DNA of 64,000 nucleotides from Paraspadella gotoi. Its lineage: Eukaryota > Animalia > Chaetognatha. The notes below the pieces were generated by a model. It worked only from the letters and a program-made list of their open reading frames with translations. It ran no database searches and had not been told where the DNA came from. The translations under genes were made by a program, and so were the position numbers. The stretch is taken from contig CM119265.1 in the NCBI GenBank assembly GCA_051294375.1, positions 29,102,540-29,166,539 on the forward strand. The letters run 5' to 3'. This document shows positions 1-13,090 of this stretch, piece by piece. Position 1 is the stretch's first letter; each line of letters opens with the position of its first letter.

Positions 1-1
1 A

Positions 2-130
2 GATGGCGCCACGCCCGTACACTGCGCTGCGGGTGCGAGGCAGATGGAGATGCTGAAGATGTTCGTGGAGAAAGGGTGCGTCTCGGATGAGGAGATGCAG
101 AAGATGGTGGCGGATGCTGAGGAGGCTTGA
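2..130 (+). CDS. 3'-terminal coding exon (partial) of an ankyrin-repeat protein
   Basis: Frame 2 reads DGATPVHCAAGARQMEMLKMFVEKGCVSDEEMQKMVADAEEA-stop (TGA 128-130). This fits the ankyrin consensus G-x-TPLHxAAxxGxxExVKxLLxxGA. GC3-rich codons; 5' part lies outside the window. Confidence 0.8.
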   Translation, partial: DGATPVHCAAGARQMEMLKMFVEKGCVSDEEMQKMVADAEEA

Positions 131-434
131 GGGGGAGGGGGAAGAGGGAGGAGGAAGAGGGAGGAGGCGCGGGGCCAGGTAGGAGAAAGGTGAGGAAGAG
201 AAGGAAGAGGAAAAAGGGAAGGAGGAGAAGAGGGAGGAGGAGGATGAGGAGAAGGTATAGGGAGAAGAGTAGGGAGAAGGAACAGGGAGGGGGAAGAGAA
301 GGAAGAGAGAGGAAAAGATAAATAATGTAAATTATTTTGAATTTGTATAAAAATATTTATATTTTAATAATGGTATAAAATTGATTTTTTTGGAGTGAGT
401 AGAAAATTATATAAGATTATGAGTATTATTGTTT

Positions 435-481
435 TGAATCTGAATTCACTGAATCTGAATTCACTGAATCTGAATTCACTG
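435..481. repeat. 15-bp tandem repeat (TGAATCTGAATTCAC)x3
   Basis: Three perfect copies read directly. Confidence 0.9.
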
Positions 482-845
482 CCACCTGTGATCATTTTTT
501 GTTGATCTTTAGGCTCGATGTTAATGTTGGCATCATGGAGCCATTTCTGAAATTGTGAGACCGTGTCAACAAAGTATGGAACTAATTGAAATACTATTAT
601 CAATAAAAAGATTTAGTATTTTCATCATATTTTATTTTATTTAAAGTTAGATTAAACAGTTACAAAAAAAAAACTAGAGCCTAAAACATAAAACAAAAAT
701 TACGAAAAAAACAACAAAAAAACAACAAAAAACAAGAGAAAAACTAAGAAAAACTGCGAGAGAAAAAACAAAGACAGTTTTGAAAAATTTAGAGGAAATT
801 TTCTAGAAAAACGCGAAACCTTGAGGTCGAAACGATTTTTTGACG

Positions 846-921
<76 letters not shown>

Positions 922-1053
922 TTTTGACGTCTTTTTCTACAAGTGACTCCCACGAGATTTCGGTTCTGGTTTAGTCGAACCGGCGACCCGTAGTCTCGCC
1001 TCTGTTACGCGACTCTTTTCTCCCATCGTTTTTCTTTTATTACTTTCATCTGC

Positions 1054-1103
<50 letters not shown>

Positions 1104-1265
1104 TTTCCTCTCCTCACTTCTCCTCAACGCGGACAAAAACTCGTAGACAACAGAGCAACAAGAGTCTCACAAAAAAACAGAGATAGAAAAAAGTGGGACG
1201 TACAGTGATGTTCAAGAAAATAGGACATACATACAAACATNNNNNNNNNNNNNNNNNNNNNNNNN

Positions 1266-3880
1266 TCTTCTGTTCAAATTTTGATTCTTTCATGGCCTAA
1301 CTGATTCATCTCCCGGATTAAAGTTTCCTGCCAAAAGACAAACTTCAATTTCTTATTTTAATCTTTGACCATTTCATTTCTTTCGAATCTAAAGTATGTT
1401 ATGTCGCGATAGATTCCTCTTTTTGTCAATGCTAAAATTATTTATAATCATTATGATAGGGCTATAATAAAATTTCCCTACTTAGTTAACCCGGTCGACA
1501 AAAACCAGTCAACATCGAACTGCTAACCCTAACTACCATGTAAATCTAAATCTAAATCTAAATTTATCCTCCAATTCAAATTTCCGTCACCCTTAAGCCC
1601 TTATCATGAGTCTTATGTATAAAACACCACTAATCCTCATTAAAATATAAACGAATATATACATAGTAAAGCGAATATATACAATATATACAAAATATAT
1701 AAAATTTATAGGTAATCTGCCTCGATCTAATACTTTGTCTTATCATACAATTGGAAATCATGCTTTTAAATATATACCACTTCATTGAAAGGGAAGTTCA
1801 GGTACTCAGGGAAGTGAATGTAAATCGAGACTGGGGGTGAGACATCTGTGTGAGATGAGATATTTGGTGCAGGGACGCTGCTTGATGTGGGTCAATTATC
1901 GTGGTGAAGTGGAGGGTGTTTGTGAATTCGCGCACGCGGAGATGTGGTCTCAGTGCTTTAGTACTTAGTACTCGGTCTAGCTGTCGTGTCGGCGTTTTTC
2001 TCACAAATATTCCACATCTTGTCACTTTAAACTGTCCCCCTTTTTTTGGCCACTTGGTCGACTTTTGGTTCTATTCTCTCAAATTAGGGTGACTTTTCGT
2101 CACCTTTTGTCACTTTTTTGTCTCTCCTTCCTCGAATTTGGGTGACTTTTGGTCACTTTTTGGTCACTTTTGGACTCTTTTTTGGTCGACTTTTTCGGTC
2201 CGCCGATTCAGACGACTCGAGAGAAATAGGGACGATAAAATATGTAGACGAGTGCATAAACTTTTCATCCGAGACGAAGATTCTAATTTTAGAAACAATC
2301 AGCCACCTGGTTCTCTAGTCTCTCTCATCATCTCTCTCGTCGGTCTCGTGCGTTTTTTTCGTGAGTTGGATTGATTCCATCGTTGGCTCCGTGCTGGCAG
2401 GCGGCGAGGGATGCGGTTGTGAGTCGTGAGCGTGTTTTGAGGGTGATGGGGTTCGGAGGCGACAGGTGCGTGATTCTTTGCGTTTGCTTGGTTTTCTTGG
2501 TGTTGCGGCGTGCTCGGTGCTGGTTTTTTCGGTTTTTCGTGTGGTGAGTATGGGTCGCGGGGGGAGATAGGTAGGTTAGTTGTGTTATTGGGGGTCGCGG
2601 GGGAGCGTGTCGTGGGTGAGTGTTGCGCGGCATCATGTGTCGTCAGGTCTTAGCGGGTTTTCTTCACTTTCTGGTCTGTTGTTTTGTCTTGGGCTCGCAG
2701 GGTCTTGTCACGGAGCGGCTGCGTCGGTATGTTTTAGTCTATTCGCTCTTCGTCGGTGCTGACGCGTGTCTTTTTTTTCGGGTTCAGGAGAATGGAGATG
2801 ACGCGCGATGGATGGTGAATTATCGACGAGAAGAGTATATTGACGGAGGACGGATTATATCTGTTATTGTGTTCATGTCGTATATTTGTTAGAGCATCTG
2901 TCGTCGTTCTGGTTGTTGTCATGATAGCGCAGCGGCCTTAGGGGGCGGTGCGTGAGGAATAGAGTAGAAGGTATTCTTAGATATTTTTTATCGGCTTTAT
3001 CTAAATTGGCAGAATGAAATGTCGTGTGTGGTCGGTCGGGTGTTCGTCTGTCACTTCGCGCTCCTGCGTTTCCGTCGTTGTTCATCCTCCTAAAATTATG
3101 AGGGGGGCTAATTGGTTGATTGGTAAATTATCCTATTGGTGTGATTTGGTAATTGGTTATCTAATTATGCTAACCTTCACCCTGGGAATTCATTGTGGGA
3201 GGAATGCGGCTGGTGGGAGGCAATTGTTTCCGCGCTGTTGGAAGGAATTTCGTGTGGGAGGAATCGCCGCTGGAACCTAACCTTTGTGTCAACCCAGAAC
3301 TTTCTCTTTTAAACTCCATTTCCCTCTTTCGCAACCCTCAAACCATTTGGTCCGCCTCAGAATTTCTGACTCTTTCCACCCCCAAAAACCCATTTGCTAT
3401 CCCTCACACCTCCTCCCCCCCCAATTCTCTAATCGCCCCCGCGTTCACTTATTCCCGTCCTCATTCCTCCGGCGATCAATCAAATGAAACTTTCAAACAT
3501 AAAAACTCGGCCCCGAACGACCTCGGAGACTTGGAGGCAAAGGACAAGCGGAGCAAGGGCAAGATGCAATGCATTATATGGACAAGGGAACGCAAAAGGG
3601 ACAAAGATATATTGGCCATTTTGGGCGACAAAGTGTCATGGACAAATGTGACGGTTAATAAACAGTGAACAGGAAAGAAAAAGATCATATCTGTAAAAGA
3701 ATGATTTTAAAGTTGAAGACAAAATTCGAACTAAAGTGAAAACAGAGCCAAGGACAAACATGCGACTCTTGTCAAAGTAAATACAGGGACAAGGACATAG
3801 GCGAAAAAAGGAATATACGGGTCGAGGTGGCTGATGACATAGAAAGAAAAATCGGGTCGACGATAGAATGATGGCGGGTC
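1266..3880 (+). repeat. Arm A of a large inverted duplication (partner 17715-19860), noisy copy
   Basis: 1320-1390 is the reverse complement of ~19735-19805. The (TTTTGGTCAC)n tract 2040-2200 matches 18960-19110, and 3745-3880 matches 17720-17845. This copy carries many small insertions. Confidence 0.85.
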
Positions 3881-4008
3881 CAAATGAAAGGGAAAAAAAG
3901 AGGAAAAGAAATGAGGGAACAAGAAAAGAAGGGAAGGAAAGGACAGAGAGAGAGAGAGAGAGGGAGGAGAGAGAGGAGAAGAGAGAGAGAGGAGCAGAGA
4001 AGAGAGAG

Positions 4009-4045
<37 letters not shown>

Positions 4046-4219
4046 GTGGGAGGGGAAGAGAGAGATGAGAGAAGAGAGAGAGAGAGAGAAGAGAGAGGAA
4101 AAAGAGAAAAAGGGCACCCCGGAGGCATGCGCCTCGACTTACTCCAACGCACTCGCTGCCCTTGGCTCACCCATAGGCATGCACTGATGCGACGATCGAA
4201 GATTTGACGCGTGTCCGGG

Positions 4220-5110
4220 TGGATGGCGCGTAGAGAGTGACAGATGAAGATTGGCGACGATGAGTGGCTTGGAAAACGCGTGTGCGCGTGTGGGCGATGG
4301 AGTGAGTGTTGGTGGAGACGTCGATGAAGATGACGACGTGGGACGGTGTGGGTTGCGTGTAGGTTGACGATGCGATGAAGATGAGACGCTGAGATTGCGG
4401 ACGTGGGATGGCGGGCAGGACGAATGAAGATGACTGATGAAGATGAACGACGATTGAAAGATGACGACGAAAGTGAAGATGAACGACGATGAAGATGAAA
4501 GTCGATGAAGATGCACGAAATGAAAGATGACGATGAAGATGAACGTCGATGAAAAATGACGACGATGAAGATGACGATGAAGAATGACGAACAGATGAAG
4601 ATGACGACGATGAAGAATGACAGACGGAAAATGAAGATGACGGACGATGAAGATACGATGACGATGAACGATGACGATGATGAAGATGGACGACGATGAA
4701 GAAGACGAGTGACGGAAAGACGATGACGAGACGATGATGGATGATGGATGATGAAGATGACGATGAAAGATGACGACGATGATGGATGACGACGATGAAG
4801 ATTGACAACGATGAAGATGCACCGGATGATGACGAAATAGCACGATGAAGATGAACGAACGATGAAGATGATGACGACGGGATGAAGATGACGGACGATG
4901 AAGATGACGACGATGAAGATAGACGGACTGATGAAGATGACGACGATGAAGATTGACGATGAAGGATGGACCGAAATCGACAATGAGAATGACGCGATGA
5001 AGATGAAACGACTGATGAAGATGACGAGGAAGAACGATGACGACGATGATGATGATATGATGATGAAAATGAAGAAAGAAGATATGACTATGATGATGAC
5101 AACCGACGGA
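4220..5110. repeat. Degenerate GAT/GAC/GAA trinucleotide array
   Basis: Continuous gatgaagatgacgac-type units. Shorter copies of its 3' end lie at 15140-15360 and 16710-16870. Confidence 0.9.
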
Positions 5111-5799
5111 GGAGAATTTTTAAACTGAGCTTCATTCACGCCAACTTTTCCCAGTTACTTTCGATAATAAGTTTTTCTATAAGCTAATTTGATGATTTAA
5201 TTGTATCTAATGACAAAAAATGTGACATACATATGACCTATTCAGTGAAACTCCTCCTCTTATTTTATCCTTCTAAATGAGAAGATAAACGAGCAAAAAA
5301 CAAAAAAAAAAAGAAAATTCCATTTTGAAATATCTCAAAAAAAAAAACTTTCTCCTTTTTTTATTTCCTTTTCCTTCTCTTTCTCCTCCTCCTAAATGTT
5401 CTCTCTTCCCCCTTCCTTCTTTAACTCTTCTCTCTTCCCACTCCTCCTCTCTTTCTCTTCTCCTCTGCTCCTCCTTCCCCCCCCTTCTTTTCCCCTTATC
5501 TCGAACTTTCCTCTCTCCCTCCCCTCTCTCTTTCCTCCCTCCCTCCTCTCTTTCTCCCTCCCTCCTCATCTTTCCCCTCCTCCTCTCCCCCTCCCTCTCT
5601 CCTCCCCTCCTCCCGTCCCTCCTCCCGCGTCTCTGCTCCCTCCTCTCCCTCTCCCTCCCCTCTCCCTCTCTTGCCTCCTCTCCTCTCTCTCTCCCTCCCA
5701 TACTCCCCTCCTCTCTCATCCTTCTCTTACTACTAAAAGTTTTTTAAAACTTTTTTTCCCAACCCGTCCGAATTTGAACTTTTGGGCCTTTTTTTTTTT

Positions 5800-7620
5800 T
5801 CAAAGTTAAAAAGAAACAAATTTTATTTTTAAAAAAAATGTTTTATTCTTTTAAAAAAAACTTTTTTCTCTCCAAGCGTTTAGAAAGAATTTTTAAAATC
5901 ACATTAAACTTGAAAAAGAGGGATTTCGCCGTAGATTTTTTAAGGATTCTTCACCTTCTAACGCTGCGAATTCTACTTTCACTTTTTTCTTTTTCTTATT
6001 TTTTTTTCTTTTTCAACTTTTTCCTTTTGCCATTTTTTTTTTCCTTTTTAATCCTTATTTTTTTTTTTTTTTGCATTTTTTATTGTTCACTTTTTTCTTT
6101 TTCATTTTGTCCTTTCTTACCTTTTCCTTTTTTTTCTTCAATTTTATAATTTTTACTTTTTCACTTTTTCCTTTCACCATTTGTTCCCAGTCTCCTGTTT
6201 AACTTTTCCTCTTTTTTTTCCCCCCTCCTTTCCCTTTTTTTTCTTTGTATTTAATTTTAAACTTTAGATTTTTCAAAAAAAGTATAAATTCTCTCCTCTC
6301 TTTTTCCCGGTGTTTTCCTTTTCCTTCTTTCCTCTTTATGTGTTCCTTGTTAACCGCTTTATGCTGTCACTTACTTTCTCATTTTGTCGCCTTTCTCTCC
6401 CTTCTCCGCTAGCTAACTCTTTTCCTCAGCCAAGCCCCGCCTGCCTTTTTCCTCTCTCTTTCCTCTGCTCCAACTCGTCTCTATCGAGCTCCTCTCTCTC
6501 TCTTTCTATTTATTTTATTTTCTTTTTTTTTCATCTTAAAAAGAACGGAATTAAAAACCAAAAAAAATGAAACATAAATCATTTTTGTCAAAATTAAAAT
6601 AAAAAAGAAATTGAGTTATTTTTTTGCTCAACTTTTTGGTGGCTTTCTGGTCTTGGTGGGTGACTCTTTGACCCTTCCCCTCTTCTATTAACAAAAACTA
6701 TTGTAAGTCCCTTATCATCTGCGCAAGTGTTAAGAGATTTTTCTTTTGTAGTTTTTTTTTCAAATAATAAAATCGCTTTTTTAAAACTAATTGATGATGC
6801 TCAAGGAAAAAACATGATTAAAAAAACTGTTTCTCATCCTTTGTGTCTTGCCCCGGGGGGTACGTGCCTAACCCTTGCTTTATATCTCTCTAGTGCATCT
6901 TATTAATCGTCGTATTGTTTTCTTTATTTTTCTTCTCGTTTTTATTATTTTCTTTTCTGTCCGTTTGCGTTTTCTCTCTTATCTTTCTTTTCACCTTCTC
7001 TTCTCCCCCTCTTACGCTCCTTCCCGCTTGTCTTAATAATCCTCTCTTTCGCGCCTCCTCCCCAGCCGCTTGTATCCTTATCGGCCTAAAAAAAAATTGT
7101 TTTTTTTTTTTTCTCCTTAATTTTTATTTAATTTTCCGCTTAAAAATTTTGTCCGTCGTCGTCGTCGTTCGTCGTCGTTCGTCGTCGTCGTCGTGTCGTC
7201 GTCGTCGTCGTCCGTCGTCGTCAGTTCGTCGTCGTCGTCGTCGTCAATCTCAGTCTTTCAAAGTGTTGAGTATGCTTCTGCTAACTCTCACAAAATCTCT
7301 CTCTCTATCTCTCTCTCTCTCGTCCATTCTCTCTCCTTCATGCGTCTCTGCTCCTCTCTTCCCTGCTCTTCATCCGTCATCTCGCTCTCTCTCTCCTTCG
7401 AGTCTGCCGGGTATCTCTCTCTCCTCTCTCTCTTCATCTTTTAAAGATCTCTAACTTCTCATTTTAACGATCGGTCGAAACGATGATAAAAGTAGGAATG
7501 AAGTCGACGCTAAAAAACAATTTCCCTAGGCGAATGACCCCATTGCGAAGCCATTACGTTTTCCATCGAACGCACGACAATTGCGGAGACCATGGGGCGG
7601 TAATTTGCGGTGCCCAATGG
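5800..7620 (+). repeat. Arm of a second inverted duplication (partner 8890-10391)
   Basis: 7490-7600 (aggaatgaagtcgacgctaaaaa...cattgcgaagccattacg) is the reverse complement of 8975-9071. 6690-6850 matches 9510-9690 and 5810-5990 matches 10230-10391. Confidence 0.85.
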
Positions 7621-8889
7621 ATTTATTAACGACCCAACCCAACGCCGTTGCCGCATGGGCCCCGATCGACATATGTTCAATATTGTCTGTCCTTGCTGTC
7701 AATAGAAATTTCGGCTCTCTTTCCAAATCTAATCCCAAATCACATCTAGATTCCCTAACCTTAATCACTCGACCTCATACCTACCTTCAACCGTATCTTT
7801 AACTCAAACTAATTCTTAACAACGCTAAATTCGGAATTTAAGATAAAATAGGTTCGTTCTAGAAAAAATAAAATTGTCAATTTTCTTTCCCCGTTCTATC
7901 TAAATTATACATTCGGGCATTACCGATCAAGGACGTGTCCCTAACATTTCTCTGCGCCGCAGGAGTAAACCATTTCCAGATTTCCTTGTAACGGGGTCTT
8001 CCAATTAGCTCGAGGCATAAGCGGCCTCTACTAATTAAGTCTGTCTTTTAATGCATGTCCGAATTGCAAATCGAAGCAACGAGTGAAAAGAAGCGATGTG
8101 CGGCTTATTTCTAAGCTTCTATACAGGTCGGTCCGTTTATGACGAGTGACAACACAAGCTTCTAAGAAAAAAAAAGGAAAACGTGAATCAATTTTCAAGG
8201 TTGGAGCAGAAAATGTTCGATCTGGCTCACAATCAATTGGCGCCATGAAGCCGATCGGGATGATTGATTGATTAATTAATAACTAAAATTAATTTCTAAT
8301 AATTTAAATCTGCAATACAAAACGTCAATTAATTAAAATTAATTATATTAGATTATTAATTATTGTAGTTAGTTTAGGCGCATGAATTTTTTCTAGATAT
8401 TATGTCAACAGCCCGGGTTGCCTGTGAACCCATTGGGATGGGGCATCTCCTGTTGCATTGGGGGCTTCCGACGCTCAGTGACGCCTCCAGTCAGCTGGCG
8501 CGTTAACCCCTAGGACGGACTCGCTTGGCCACAACGGCAGAGGGAAGTCGTTAGGACTTAGTGGATTGGAAACCAACTACGCCTGGTATGGTTGTTCCCC
8601 CCCTGCTTGAGGAAGGGAGGCCACGGATTTGGCTGAAGGATGGTAGAAGTACGTGAGGCGGTGTGATATACCCCGCCGACAATATACAAATTTTCCAGAT
8701 AGATTATGTAGGAAAAAAGGAAAAAGCACCTTTTATATTCCCATTGAACATAACGCTACCTACGACAGTTTATAATCAAATGATATATTTGTTACTCGAG
8801 TTAGTGAACATATCGAAAAACCTAAGTGGGAAATACAGCAAAAAAAAAAAGCGACAACTTTACCGACCGAAGCCGACCTAATAAAACGA

Positions 8890-9244
8890 ACCCATAAGTT
8901 CGCACGCTGCTGAAATTCGGTCGGTCAATAACCGAAAAAAAATGGAGTGAGAAACTTCCGTATTTTTTTTTTACCGCCATGTCTCCGCAATGTCGTTCGA
9001 TGGAACCGTAATGGCTTCGCAATGGCATCGCCTAGGGAAATGTTTTTAGCGTCGACTTCATTCCTACTTTTNNNNNNNNNNNNNNNNNNNNNNNNNNNNN
9101 NNNNNNNNNNNNNNNNNNNNNNNNNNNNNNNNNNNNNNNNNNNNNNNNNNNNNNNNNNNNNNNNNNNNNNNNTGTCGTCGTCGTCGTCGTCGTTCGCGTC
9201 ATCTTCAGTCTTCAAGTGTTAGTGGCTCTAACTCCAAAACTATC

Positions 9245-9289
<45 letters not shown>

Positions 9290-10391
9290 AAATTTTAAGC
9301 GGAAATTAATAAATTAAGGAGAAAAAAAATCAATTTTTAGGCGAAAGGATGGGACAAGCGGGAGAGGGGGAAAGAGAGGATAAGACAAGCGGGAGAGGGG
9401 GAAAGAGAGGGGAAAGAAGATAAGAGAGGAAAGAAGAAAAGAAAAATAAAAAGAGAAGAAAAGAAAGACAATAGAGATTATAAGAGCATAGAGAGATAAA
9501 GAAGGAAGGAAAGGCAAGACACAAAGGATGGGAAACAGTTTTTTTTAATCATTTTTTTGAGCATGTCAATTAGTTTAAAAAAAGCGATTTAATTATTGAA
9601 AAAAAAACTACAAAGAAAAATCTCTTTAACACTGGCGAGATAAGGCTTATATTTTTGTTAATAGAAGAGGGGAAGTCAAAGAGTCAAAGACCGAAGCCAC
9701 AAAAGTGGAGCAAAAATTAATCAATTTTTTTTAATTTTGACAAAAATGATTTTGGTTTCATTTTTTTTTTAATTTCCCGTTTTTAAAGATGAAAAAAAAA
9801 AAGAAAATAAAAAAGAAAGAGAGAGAGAGAGAGAGAGAAGAGAGAGACGAGAGAAGAGAGAAGAGGGGGGGGCTCGAGAAAGAGAGTAGGGAGAAGGAGA
9901 GAAAGGGACAAAATTGAGAAGGTAAGTGACAGAGTAAAGGTAACAAGGAATAAAGGAGAAAGAAAGGAAACAGCGGAAAAGAGAATTATTGAAAAATCTA
10001 AGTTTAAATTAATAAAGAAAAAGGGAAAAAAGAGAAAAGTTAAACAGTGAGACTGGAAAAGTGAAAGGAAAAATTGAAAAAGTAAAAATTATAAATGGAA
10101 AAAAAAAAGGAAAAGGTAAGAAAGGACAAGTGAAAAAGAAAAAAAGTGAAAATTAAAAAATGAAAAAAAAAATAAGGATAAAAGGAAAAAAAATGAAAAG
10201 GAAAAAGTGAAAAAGAAAAAAAATAAGAAAGAAAAAAGTGAAAGTAGATCGAGCGTAGAAGGTGAATAGAACCTTAAAATCAGCGAACTCCCTTCAAGTT
10301 TTAAGTGATTAAAAATTCTAAACGTGGAGAAAATAAGTTTTTTTAAAAGAATAAACATTTTTAAAAAATAAAATTGTTCTTTTTTTAACTT
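8890..10391 (-). repeat. Inverted partner of 5800-7620 (contains a 101-N gap)
   Basis: Reverse-complement matches as listed for the first arm. Confidence 0.85.
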
Positions 10392-10417
10392 NNNNNNNNN
10401 NNNNNNNNNNNNNNNNT

Positions 10418-11226
10418 AATCCTCATTCCCGCCAATCAAGTATATATACACAGAGGGACTCGAATTATAAGCACCACCCTTGCAAAATTCCCTAACTCCT
10501 TCATTCGACCTGCCAATCAAGTATATTACACAGCAGGCTCGAATTATAGCACCACCCTGCAAAATTCCCTAACTCCTCATTCGCCCTGCCAATCAAGTAT
10601 ATATACACAGAGGCTCGAATTATAAGCAACCACCCGCAAAATTCCCTAACTCCTCATTTTCGCCCTGCCAATCAAAGTATATATCACAAGAGGCTCGAAT
10701 TATAAGCACCACCCTGCAAAATCCCTAACTCCTCATTCGCCCTGCCAATCAAGTATATATACACAGAGGCTCGAATTATAAGCACCACCCTGCCAAAAAT
10801 TCCCTAAACTCCTCATTTGCGCCTGCCAATCCAAGTTATATAATACACAGAGGCTCGATTATAAGCACCACCCTGGCAAAATTCCCTAACTTCCTTCATT
10901 CGCCTTGCCACCAATCAAGTATATATACACAGAGGCTCGAATTATAGCACCACCCTGCAAAATTCCCTAACTCCTATTCGCCCTGCAATTCAAGTATAAT
11001 ATACAACAGAGGCTCGAATTATAAGCCACCACCCTGCAAATTCCCTAACTCCTCATTCGCCCTGCCAATCAAGTTATATCATACAACAGAGGCCTCGAAT
11101 TATAAGCACCACCCTGCAAAATTCCCTTAACTCTCATTCGCCCTGCCAATCAAGTTATATATACACAGAGGGCTCGAATTATAAGCACCACCCCTGCAAA
11201 ATTCCCTAACTCCTCATTCCGCCCTT
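10418..11226. repeat. Tandem array of a ~77-bp unit, ~10.5 copies
   Basis: Consensus GCCCTGCCAATCAAGTATATATACACAGAGGCTCGAATTATAAGCACCACCCTGCAAAATTCCCTAACTCCTCATTC. Copies differ mainly by single-base indels. The left end is truncated by a 25-N gap. Confidence 0.95.
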
Positions 11227-11792
11227 GACATTTTGCTCGAGGCACCATCCCACCCACCACACTTTTTTTATCTGGTTTAATTTTTTGAGACAAGAAGATT
11301 ATGTTACCACAAGGCCAATTTTAATTTTTTCTAGAGATATTATAGAATATATTTCTTGAATGTAATTTGTTTTAAAAAAAAGATATTATACTTAAATATT
11401 TTAATAGAATTTTTAAAATACCTTTATAACCAAATGAAAAAAAAAAACAAATGTACTTTTTATATGGGGTTTTTTTTGATTCTCTGCAATTATGCAAAAT
11501 GATTTTTATCTATCGATTTATATCATTATTGCTTTTTGTCGTCTTTGTCGTCGTCATTTTCGTTTCGGTCTTCGACGTCCGTTTTCGTTGTCATCTATTG
11601 GGCGTTGTTTTTAATCGTTTTATTCTTTTGTTCGTCTGTCGCTGTTCGGTTTTCTTCTTCGAATTCAGTCAAATCAAAAACTTACGTAGAAGCCATTTGC
11701 AGATTTGCAGATTTACACTTTAAAAACTGATTCATGATTCACACTAAGAAAAAAGCGAAAAAAAGTGAATAAAAAAAATTTTTAAAAAAAGA

Positions 11793-11833
<41 letters not shown>

Positions 11834-12109
11834 CAGAGAGTCAATGAGATGAGAGAGAGAGAGAGAGAAGAGAATAGAGGAGAGAGAGATCAGGATGAGG
11901 AGAGGAAAGAAAAAAGAAGCTGGACAGACGCTCCAGAGCCGGAACTCGTTTACTCGTTTTACTAGTGACGGTGGTGTGAAATCTAGGTCAAGAGATTGGA
12001 ACTTTATTTTTATTTTATTATCTCATAATTCACTTTTTCAGTCCGTCGAGTCCGCCCCATCTATCTTGTTGGGCATCACTTACATAATGTCAGAACATCG
12101 AATTATGAT

Positions 12110-13090
12110 AAATTATGTGTCTGTCTGTCTTGTCCGTCAACCACCTTAGCAAATTACTCGTGATTGGATGGATGGATTGGAATGAAATTTTTGTGTGGGA
12201 GTAGTTAAAGGCGTAGTTGAAAGTTAATATACAAAAATTTCTAAAAAGTCAATTATAAACAAACATTACCATCAGTGAAACATTAATTTGTAAAAAAAAA
12301 ATTAATTATGTTTTTTAAATTTTCGCAGTAGGCTTATATTTTATATATAGTACTATCCTTATAATAATCGAAAAAATTCAAAATATGCTTTTCTTAATTT
12401 TTATTGCAGATTTGAAATCCTCATCAAAAGTTGATAAAGAAAATATAAATCATTTTTTTTTAAAAATCTTTTCATTATAATTTTGGTTAAAATTAAAAAA
12501 ACTAATATATAATATAAAAGTTAATTTTTCAGTTAAAATTGTCTTTTTTTAATTTTGACCCACTTAATGAAGGATTTTTCAAAAGAGTTATATTTCTTTT
12601 TATCAACTTTTTATGACGAATCCAAATCTGCAAAAAAAATCTTTAAAAAAAACTGTTTTTTTTGAAATTTTAACATTTATTTGGTTTAGACTAGTATAAA
12701 TAGTAGCCTACTGGCGTAAATTGTAAATTTATTATAAATTTTTTTTATTACATAAATGTTATTAATTAATGTTGTTCGTTCCTCAACTTTATAGAATTTT
12801 TAATTAAAATTACATTTTAGAAATTTTTGACTACGCTTAGTGGGTAGGAAGTGTCTGATGAGCTGGATATAAAGTTTCGATGAAATCGTGCCGAGTGGAA
12901 AGGTGTTAAATGGAAAAAACTAAAAATGATAATTCACTATTTCAACACAATTACTCATGAAGTGGATGCGGGCGATTGACTTGAAATTTTTTATTTGGGT
13001 AGAAAAGTGTGTGATTGAGCAAGAAATAAAAGTTTCGATGGAATCGTTGAGTGGAATGAGTTCAAATTAGAAAAAACAAATTAACCTGTT
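12110..13090 (+). mobile_element. Non-autonomous HINE/DINE-1-like element with an internal foldback segment
   Basis: GTCY microsatellite followed by AATTACTC...TGAAATTTT...GTGTGGG core repeats (12150, 12950; also 58700). Internal inverted repeat TGCAGATTTGAAATCCTCATCAAAAGTTGATAA (~12405) / TTATCAACTTTTTATGACGAATCCAAATCTGCA (~12600). Related reverse-complement pieces at 32140-32320, 34400-35190 and 39040-39220. Confidence 0.55.

Noticed and set aside
486-583. Minus-strand exon candidate VPYFVDTVSQFQKWLHDANINIEPKDQQKMIT
   Set aside because: Splice signals are plausible, but there is no recognisable homology or partner exon.
3772-5139. Long ORFs (455 aa here; also 29575-30522, 36233-37288 and many RE/SL/FF-rich ORFs)
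   Set aside because: These are translations of GAT/GAC, AG and polypyrimidine simple repeats that lack stop codons. Frames are not conserved between duplicate copies.
10418-11226. CRISPR array or spliced-leader RNA gene cluster
   Set aside because: No unique spacers and no cas genes in a eukaryotic context. The minus strand has an Sm-like AATTTTG, but no convincing SL exon, donor or stem-loop layout.
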